Source: Patescibacteria group bacterium | GTDB lineage: Bacteria > Patescibacteriota > Patescibacteriia > 2-01-FULL-39-33 | NCBI GenBank assembly: GCA_041649575.1 | Contig: JBAZMW010000001.1 | Coordinates: 60,001-92,000 of the forward strand | Direction: 5' to 3' | DNA length: 32,000 nt | Part shown: in pieces, positions 25,649 through 32,000 of the stretch | Position numbering within the stretch: the first letter of the stretch is position 1 | Layout: each line of letters starts with the position of its first letter | Notes under the pieces: model-generated | What the model was told of the DNA's origin: nothing | The model's input: only the letters and a program-made list of their open reading frames with translations | The model's database searches: none | Made by a program: the position numbers and the translations under genes

Positions 25649-27460
25649 ATGCTAAAGAAAAAATTTAAATATTTTTTAGGAATTGTTTTGGTGGGTATAA
25701 TTGCCGCGACTGGTTTGTTGTTTTACAATTTTAAGACATTGCAAGCGCAGAACTCCGATTATGATTTGGCCGGTTGGCTTTGGAGTGATAATTATGGCTG
25801 GATTTCTCTGAGTTCGGATAATTGCAAACTGCCCGATTGCATTCCCGGCCCTAATGATTATGGCGTTAGATTAAATTCAAACAATACGGTTAGTGGCTAT
25901 GCCTGGTCGAATAATGTTGGCTGGATCTGTTTTGGCGAAACTTGTTCGGGAGTCGCGCCCGATGGCGGAGGCCCGAGGATCGTTTTGGATGATAACAGCG
26001 GTCGATTGAGCGGCTGGGCCAAGGTGGTTTCCCTGGCAGATCAGGGCTGGATAAGTTTGGGTAGTGGAGAGGTTTTGGGCGAGATTAAAGGCGAAATATG
26101 CTATGACTGCAAACCGGTTTGCGAGGATTGGACGGCTTACAGGAGGTGTGACGGCAAGGGCTGCCAAGAATCAAACACCAAGTGCCAGGCAGGCGAGATC
26201 GGCTGCACCAATGTCGAGCCTTGCGTGGTTTATTCGGAAGAAAAATATGAACGTTGCAACACTTGTTTTTCAGAAACTTTTTTTTGCAACAATGAGAATG
26301 ATTGCCGTCAGCCGCCCGATTCCGATCCGGTGGTTGGAGGCAGCGGGAAGATTTGTTCAGATTGCCAATTAAATTGTCATAAAGAATTTGATCCTTTAAA
26401 AAAGAATAATCGGATCGTCTGCGATAAATGTTTCAGGTGCAGAAATTATGGGGTTAGCTCCGAGGTTTTGGCTGATTTTAGCAACGGTGAAATTCTGGGT
26501 TGGGGCTGGAACGGCATAAAAGAAGGAAGCAACTGGGTGGGTGGAGCCGGTTGGGTGCATTTTAATACCGGTCGGGGAGCCTTTATTGTTTATCCTTGGC
26601 TGGAAACATTGTATGGCGCGATCTATAGCTCTAATGAGGTCAGGCAAAGAGCCGGATTAATTGATAATAATGCAACTTATTGTATTTTTGCCAAAGACGT
26701 GATTAGGGTTAGTTCAGCGCGCTGTGAGGAAAGAGTAATTAGTGATGTCAATATTAATTTTCCGAGCTTGGAAGCGGAGACAAATTATCGCAATGCTTTA
26801 GGCAAAATAGATTACACTGGACTGGTGACGCCGGTGGTTGTTGAAGGCAAAACTAACAAATACGGCAACGAAATAATCAAAATAGGCGATGGCTGGCTTG
26901 GTCCTCAAGGAAATGTTTTAGACGACAAAGTCTATTATCGCGAAGGCGATCTGACGATTGGCAGCTCGGGGTTGGTTTTCAATAATGCTCCGGAAGATTC
27001 GCAACAGAAGGGCAACGGGATAATTGTGATTGATGGAGATTTGAGGGTTAATGGCGACGTGTCCTATAATGGCCAATTAACCGATGATTTAAGACAGCTG
27101 TCTTCGGTAGCCTGGCTGGTCAGGGGCGATGTAATAATTAATGGCGACGTCAAGAGATTGGCTGGAGCATTTATAATTATGGGCAAAGGCAATGATTGCG
27201 AAGAGCTGGCTGGTTCACAGCCGGATTACCCGCATTACCGACAAAACAGTTGTGGCGTATTTTTTTCTGGAGAATCGGACAAGTCGCTGACTTCCCTGGG
27301 TTTAATTATTTCCAGAGCGTTTGATTTCCGTCGCACGTTTGCTAGTCGTAAACAAGGGGCAGAGAGAATAATTTACGATGGCCGTTTGATCGCCAACCCG
27401 CCGCCAGGCCTGGAAGGGTTTGTGGAAAAGCTGCCAGTTATCAGAGATTTTTCATTTTAA
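25649..27460 (+). CDS. Secreted Cys-rich surface protein with GW-type repeats and C-terminal beta-repeat domain
   Basis: N-terminal TM/signal. Repeats LAGWLWSDNYGWISLS / VSGYAWSNNVGWICFG / LSGWAKVVSLADQGWISLG / GWGWNGIKEGSNWVGGAGWVHF. Multiple CxxC motifs. Confidence 0.8.
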   Translation: MLKKKFKYFLGIVLVGIIAATGLLFYNFKTLQAQNSDYDLAGWLWSDNYGWISLSSDNCKLPDCIPGPNDYGVRLNSNNTVSGYAWSNNVGWICFGETCSGVAPDGGGPRIVLDDNSGRLSGWAKVVSLADQGWISLGSGEVLGEIKGEICYDCKPVCEDWTAYRRCDGKGCQESNTKCQAGEIGCTNVEPCVVYSEEKYERCNTCFSETFFCNNENDCRQPPDSDPVVGGSGKICSDCQLNCHKEFDPLKKNNRIVCDKCFRCRNYGVSSEVLADFSNGEILGWGWNGIKEGSNWVGGAGWVHFNTGRGAFIVYPWLETLYGAIYSSNEVRQRAGLIDNNATYCIFAKDVIRVSSARCEERVISDVNINFPSLEAETNYRNALGKIDYTGLVTPVVVEGKTNKYGNEIIKIGDGWLGPQGNVLDDKVYYREGDLTIGSSGLVFNNAPEDSQQKGNGIIVIDGDLRVNGDVSYNGQLTDDLRQLSSVAWLVRGDVIINGDVKRLAGAFIIMGKGNDCEELAGSQPDYPHYRQNSCGVFFSGESDKSLTSLGLIISRAFDFRRTFASRKQGAERIIYDGRLIANPPPGLEGFVEKLPVIRDFSF

Positions 27461-27487
27461 TTTAAGAGATAAAAAGTTTAAATTCCT

Positions 27488-28618
27488 ATGGGATTATTAT
27501 CGAAGCAAATAAGTTATGTGGGGGTGGATTTGGGGTCGGCTTCAATCAAGATTGTGGAGCTGGCCAATATTAACCATCGTCCCAAATTAATCACTTACGG
27601 TTTTACCGAAAAAAAATTAGCCGGTTGGGCCGGTGAAGATGCCCTGGAACGAACGGAAGAGACGGCGCAGGTAATCAAAGATGTTTATAGTAAGGCCAGA
27701 ATCGGCTCGTCTAAAGCGATTGCCGCCTTGCCGAATTTTTCGGTTTTTACTTCCATTCTAAATTTGCCGGAGATGCCCAAAAAAGAATTAGCCTCGGCAA
27801 TCGGCTGGGAAGCCAAGAAAATTATTCCGATGCCTTTGGAAGATATTATTTTGGATTGGAAAGTAATCAAAGAAACGGCCGAAGACGGTAAGGTTTTAAA
27901 AAATAATGGCATTAACCCTGGCGCAGAAATCAATCTCCAGGAGGTTAATTCATTTAAAAAGATTTTCACCAAACCCAAAAAGAATTTGAAAATCCTTTTG
28001 ACCGGAGCCAGCAAAAACTTAGTAAAGAAATACATCGATATTTTCAGACGTTCTGGCTTGAATTTATTAAGCCTGGAGACGGAGAGCTTCGCTTTAATTC
28101 GCTCGCTGGTTGGTAATGATAAATCAATAATCATGCTGGTGGATTTGGGCGCTACCACCTCCAGCATCACGGTGGTAGATGGGGGGGTGCCGGTTTTGAG
28201 TCGGAGCATCGAGGTTGGCGGCATGATGATAACCAAGGCAGTCTCGGCCAGCCTCAATGTTAATCTGGAGCGAGCCGAACAGTTTAAGCAAGACATGTCT
28301 TTGGGTGGAGAAGAGGCGGACAATTCCCTGCCACAGATAGTGGAAAGATCGTTTTCCTCGATTTTTAATGAAATAAAATACACCGTTAATCTGTATCAAG
28401 AGCAAAACAATAAAAAAATTGAAAAAATTATTTTGACCGGCGGTTCGGCTTTACTGGGTAATTTAACGGGTTATTTGTCGAGAGCGCTTAATATTAATAC
28501 TTATATTGGTGATCCCTGGTCGCGGGTCATTTTTCCCACCGAGCTCAAGCCGATCTTAGACCGCCTGGGAGCCAGATTTGCCGTGGCCATCGGATTGGCA
28601 ATGCGTAATATCGAATAA
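27488..28618 (+). CDS. pilM: Type IV pilus assembly protein PilM
   Basis: YVGVDLGSASIKIVELAN, IVLVDLGA-type motif MLVDLGATTSSITVVDGG, IEKIILTGGSALLGNLTGYLSR (actin-like ATPase motifs). Confidence 0.93.
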   Translation: MGLLSKQISYVGVDLGSASIKIVELANINHRPKLITYGFTEKKLAGWAGEDALERTEETAQVIKDVYSKARIGSSKAIAALPNFSVFTSILNLPEMPKKELASAIGWEAKKIIPMPLEDIILDWKVIKETAEDGKVLKNNGINPGAEINLQEVNSFKKIFTKPKKNLKILLTGASKNLVKKYIDIFRRSGLNLLSLETESFALIRSLVGNDKSIIMLVDLGATTSSITVVDGGVPVLSRSIEVGGMMITKAVSASLNVNLERAEQFKQDMSLGGEEADNSLPQIVERSFSSIFNEIKYTVNLYQEQNNKKIEKIILTGGSALLGNLTGYLSRALNINTYIGDPWSRVIFPTELKPILDRLGARFAVAIGLAMRNIE

Positions 28619-28624
28619 TTATTT

Positions 28625-29806
28625 ATGCCCAATATTAATCTTTTACCAGAAGATTTGCGAGAGAAAGAAACCAAAGAATTGGAAAAATTGGCCAAACAGC
28701 CAAAGGTTTTGCAGGTGGAATTGACCGAACCAGAGAAAGAGAAGCTTAAAGAAGTTATGAGCGATAAAGCAAAACCATCTTTTTGGACCAAAGTGCTTGG
28801 CCCGAAAGATAAAAAAACAGTGTCTGGGATAGAGGCCGAGGTGCCAGCGGTTGCTCCCAATGAAAGTATTGATATCTTATCCTCGGCTCATAACCAAAAA
28901 GTTAGTTTTGAAAAGGCGAAAAAGCCAGTCTCTTGGTCGGGTGTTTTGGGTCCGGCCCGCTCACCTATCAGGCCGGCAGAATCAAACTCAAATACCGCGA
29001 CTTTTTCCAGCCAGGAGCCGCTGAGAGATAAAAATACAGTCAGGCAAGAGATAATTAAGAATATTGAACTGACAAAACGACAAGGACAACAAAAAGTAAG
29101 CTGGTGGAGTAGAATTTTTCAACCCAGGCCCAGGAAGCCGGAGTTAATAAAATTAGCAGCGGCTCGAGAGCCAGAAAAGAAAATTGTTAACAATAAGGGC
29201 GGTTATCATCAGGCGCCTATGAGCGAAAGATCGATTTTTGATATAAATTTAATACCGGAGGAGCTGCTGATGATAAAGAATCGGACTGCGGCTGGCAGGG
29301 TAATCTCAATTTTATTGGTTGTTATTATTGCCGGTCTCTTGGTCGGCGGTTTATACTGGTTCTTGGGTTTGAAGCAAACCGAGCTGAATAAACAACTGGC
29401 CGTTGAAGAAAAGAATTTAAGCAGTCTAAGGAATAGAATCGACGGCTATGAACTTCAATATCAAAACAGCCTGGCCTTCCAGGACAAGCTGCTGGTTTTG
29501 AGGGATTTGCTGGTCAGTCACGTTTATTGGAGCAATTTTTTTAATCTGCTGGAAAAATATACTTTGGATGATATTTATTATACCAACTTAACCGCTGATG
29601 TTTCGGGAGAATTTGTTTTGCCGGCGGTGGCCAGCGACTACCAGGCGGTCGCCAAACAGATAGAGGTTTTGAAAGAAGCCAGGGATTTTGTTAAAGAAGT
29701 CAAAGTCGATGATATTAAGTTGCGTTTTGACGACCGTAAAGGAGTCGACGGAGTGGCTTTCAAATTAAAAATAGTTTTAGCCGATGGTGTTTTAGCCAAG
29801 CGTTAA
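28625..29806 (+). CDS. pilN: PilN-like protein with long N-terminal extension
   Basis: MPNINLLPEDLREKE at the N-terminus, and FDINLIPEELLMIKN before a TM segment and coiled-coil/periplasmic region. Between pilM and pilO. Confidence 0.85.
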   Translation: MPNINLLPEDLREKETKELEKLAKQPKVLQVELTEPEKEKLKEVMSDKAKPSFWTKVLGPKDKKTVSGIEAEVPAVAPNESIDILSSAHNQKVSFEKAKKPVSWSGVLGPARSPIRPAESNSNTATFSSQEPLRDKNTVRQEIIKNIELTKRQGQQKVSWWSRIFQPRPRKPELIKLAAAREPEKKIVNNKGGYHQAPMSERSIFDINLIPEELLMIKNRTAAGRVISILLVVIIAGLLVGGLYWFLGLKQTELNKQLAVEEKNLSSLRNRIDGYELQYQNSLAFQDKLLVLRDLLVSHVYWSNFFNLLEKYTLDDIYYTNLTADVSGEFVLPAVASDYQAVAKQIEVLKEARDFVKEVKVDDIKLRFDDRKGVDGVAFKLKIVLADGVLAKR

Positions 29807-29826
29807 ATTTTAAACAATAGCGATTT

Positions 29827-30447
29827 ATGAACGGTAATCTAGAAAACAAAACAAGCCAGCCTCTAAAAAAGAAAGAAGGGCGTTTTGGTTTTATTGTTAA
29901 TCAATTTTTCCCGCTAATGGTGGTTGTAATTTTTCTGGCTGTTTTAATCGGCGGTTATCTATTGGTCGTCAGATGGCAATACGAGAAATTAATCAGCAGT
30001 CGAGCCGACTTGCAGCGGCTAAAAACCGGAATAATAAATTTGGAACAGAGGGAAAAATTATTAAAGAAATACCAATCGGAGGGTTTTAGGTTTTCGGAAA
30101 ATGAGCAAGATTTGCTGTCTCTAGCCCTGCCCAAGGATTTTGACTTGCCAGCTTTTATTATTCAGCTAAAAAACTTGGCCGATAATTATGGCTTCTTGAT
30201 AAACAATATAAAAATAACCGAGACTGCTGCCGGAGCAGCGGGCAATAAAGTTCAGGTGGCCGAACAGGCCAACCATTTGAAAAAATTGGGAATCGAATTG
30301 GAGCTGATCGGCGGTGATTACGGTAATTGGAAAAAAGTATTAACTGCCATGGAGTCCAGTATTATGATTTTTGATGTCACGGCTTTGGATTTTTCGGCCG
30401 ACAACCCGGTTTATAAGTTGAAGCTGGTTACCTATTATTACAATTAA
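29827..30447 (+). CDS. pilO: PilO-like protein
   Basis: Single N-terminal TM, coiled coil, small C-terminal domain (GGDYGNWKKVLTAMESSIMIFDVTALDF); position after pilN. Confidence 0.8.
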   Translation: MNGNLENKTSQPLKKKEGRFGFIVNQFFPLMVVVIFLAVLIGGYLLVVRWQYEKLISSRADLQRLKTGIINLEQREKLLKKYQSEGFRFSENEQDLLSLALPKDFDLPAFIIQLKNLADNYGFLINNIKITETAAGAAGNKVQVAEQANHLKKLGIELELIGGDYGNWKKVLTAMESSIMIFDVTALDFSADNPVYKLKLVTYYYN

Positions 30448-30463
30448 TTTAAACTAACGTTTT

Positions 30464-30817
30464 ATGATATCCAGGGAGAAAAAGAAGGGGTTTAATGTTT
30501 ATTTAGTTTTAATAGTGGTGGTTGTTTTATTTTTGGCTTTGCTGGGCGCTAATTTTTGGCTGGTCAATAAAAGCTTTCAGCCTTTGGAAAAAAGCCAGGA
30601 CAGTAATGTGGACATCGCCCTGGATAAAAGCCGGGCAGCCACGAAGATCAAGGAGGAGTTAGTTGTCAAATTAGAACAAATGGAAAAAAGGGGGAAATTC
30701 GGCAATTGGCCTTTGGTTTTGGCCGAGATCAAGCTAAGTGACAATCGAGACAACCCTTTTGTCAAAAAGTTAGTCAAAGAAAGCGATATTATTTTAGCGC
30801 CATTATTGAAAGATTAA
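30464..30817 (+). CDS. Small single-TM protein in the pil operon, unknown
   Basis: 117 aa, N-terminal TM, short soluble domain, tightly spaced between pilO and pilB/gspE. Confidence 0.65.
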   Translation: MISREKKKGFNVYLVLIVVVVLFLALLGANFWLVNKSFQPLEKSQDSNVDIALDKSRAATKIKEELVVKLEQMEKRGKFGNWPLVLAEIKLSDNRDNPFVKKLVKESDIILAPLLKD

Positions 30818-30870
30818 CGCCAGTCAAGCCATGGGTTTTATTATAAATAGCAGCCCGCTCTAGGATTTTT

Positions 30871-32000
30871 ATGAATCTCAACAATACCGATAGAATTAAA
30901 AACGCACTGCTTAGCAGAAATTTAATCGATCCTAAGGATTTGGCCGTAGCCGAAGCCAAGGCGATTGAGACCAACAAGAGTTTGGAGGAGATTTTAGTTC
31001 AGGAGCGATATTTTGCCAGCAAGGAATTCAATAAACTAAAAGGAGAAATTTTTAATTTGGAAACAATTGACCTGGAAGAGATAACGGCTGATCAGGCAAC
31101 CTTAAACCTATTGGCTCCCAAAGTGGCAGAAAATTATCAGGCGGTGATTTTTGCCAGAGCCGGCGACGAGATAAAGGTGGGCTTGGTTGATCCCGGAAAT
31201 TTTCAGGCTCATGAGGCCATAGACTTTTTGGCGACACAAAAGGGATTGAGACCAAGGTATTACGCGATATCTTTTCAGGATTTTAGATCGACCTTCAATC
31301 AGTACAGCGGCTTTAAAAAAGAAATTGGAACGGCGGTCGAGGCGGCTAAAGTCAAGTTTGCCCAGCGGGAAGGATTTTTAAAAGTAAAAGAAGAGGAAGA
31401 AGACTTCGATCAGGTAGTCAAAAGCGCGCCGGTGGCAAAAATTGTTTCGGTAATCGTAAAGCATGCTGTCGATGGCGGCGCTTCGGATATTCACATCGAG
31501 CCAGGAAGAAGCACCGGTCGGGTACGTTATCGCGTTGATGGCAATTTGTTTAATTCGCTGACTCTGCCAGATTATCTTTATAATGCCGTGATTTCTAGAA
31601 TCAAGGTTTTAGCCAACATGAAATTAGATGAAACCCGTTTGCCGCAAGATGGCAGAATCAGGTTTAAGCTCGATGATCGCGAGGTAGATTTGAGAGTCTC
31701 TGTCTTGCCGACTCTAAACCAGGAGAAAGTGGTGATGAGGGTTTTGGACACTTCGGCGGGAGTGCCCACCTTGGCCGAGCTGGGTTTTTCTGACTATCAT
31801 ATTCAAATAATTGAAAAAAACATTAAGAGGCCATACGGATTATTTTTACTGACAGGCCCGACCGGGAGTGGCAAGACCACCACCCTTTATTCTGTTTTAA
31901 ATATTTTGAATTCAGACCAGCAAAATATCACTACCCTTGAAGATCCGATAGAATATTATATCGACGGGGTTAACCAGTCGCAGATTAATCCTGATATTGG
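30871..32000 (+). CDS. pilB: PilB/GspE family secretion ATPase, 3' truncated by the window
   Basis: Open frame from ATG 30871 to the window end (MNLNNTDRIKNALLSRNLIDPKDLAVAEAK...). DGGASDIHIEPGR, RVRYRVDGNL, LLTGPTGSGKTTTLYSVLNILN, TLEDPIEY. Not in the track because it has no stop in the window. Confidence 0.95.
   Translation, partial: MNLNNTDRIKNALLSRNLIDPKDLAVAEAKAIETNKSLEEILVQERYFASKEFNKLKGEIFNLETIDLEEITADQATLNLLAPKVAENYQAVIFARAGDEIKVGLVDPGNFQAHEAIDFLATQKGLRPRYYAISFQDFRSTFNQYSGFKKEIGTAVEAAKVKFAQREGFLKVKEEEEDFDQVVKSAPVAKIVSVIVKHAVDGGASDIHIEPGRSTGRVRYRVDGNLFNSLTLPDYLYNAVISRIKVLANMKLDETRLPQDGRIRFKLDDREVDLRVSVLPTLNQEKVVMRVLDTSAGVPTLAELGFSDYHIQIIEKNIKRPYGLFLLTGPTGSGKTTTLYSVLNILNSDQQNITTLEDPIEYYIDGVNQSQINPDI

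Noticed and set aside
1-32000. Alternative genetic code (UGA recoding), as seen in some CPR lineages
   Set aside because: RecG, RadA, ClpC-like, VirB4-like and PilM frames are full length with the standard code.
1-32000. CRISPR array, restriction-modification or toxin-antitoxin defence system
   Set aside because: No regularly spaced repeats and no recognisable Cas, methyltransferase, nuclease or TA pairs were found by reading both strands.

Overview
The window is a 32 kb, gene-dense region whose gene content resembles a Candidate Phyla Radiation / Patescibacteria chromosome. That assignment is an inference from the gene set. The standard genetic code works throughout, with no sign of UGA recoding. 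From start to end it contains: (1) a plus-strand block of divergent type IV secretion / conjugation-like genes (PrgI-like, TraC-N-like, VirB4-like ATPase, NTF2/VirB8-like candidate) followed by comF; (2) tRNA-Ser(GCT), a 237-bp palindrome-rich interval carrying a duplicated tRNA 3' end, tRNA-Ser(TGA), a membrane protein, tRNA-Arg(GCG) and recG; (3) two small compositionally distinct ORFs with near-consensus promoters; (4) a minus-strand block of a charged multi-TM protein, a TolB-like propeller, a DsbA-like protein lacking the resolving Cys, two proteins sharing a nearly identical two-TM VirB2-like core (one fused to a GH24-like lysozyme domain) and radA; (5) clpC-like, htpX and lemA; (6) three secreted fibre/surface proteins followed by pilM, pilN, pilO, a small TM protein and a truncated pilB/gspE. 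The best leads are the pilin-core/lysozyme fusion with its recently homogenised paralogue, the tRNA-Ser locus with tRNA-end repeats and a predicted structured element, the small promoter-driven ORFs, and a PilN-like protein with two PilM-binding-type motifs. No computation or database search was run.
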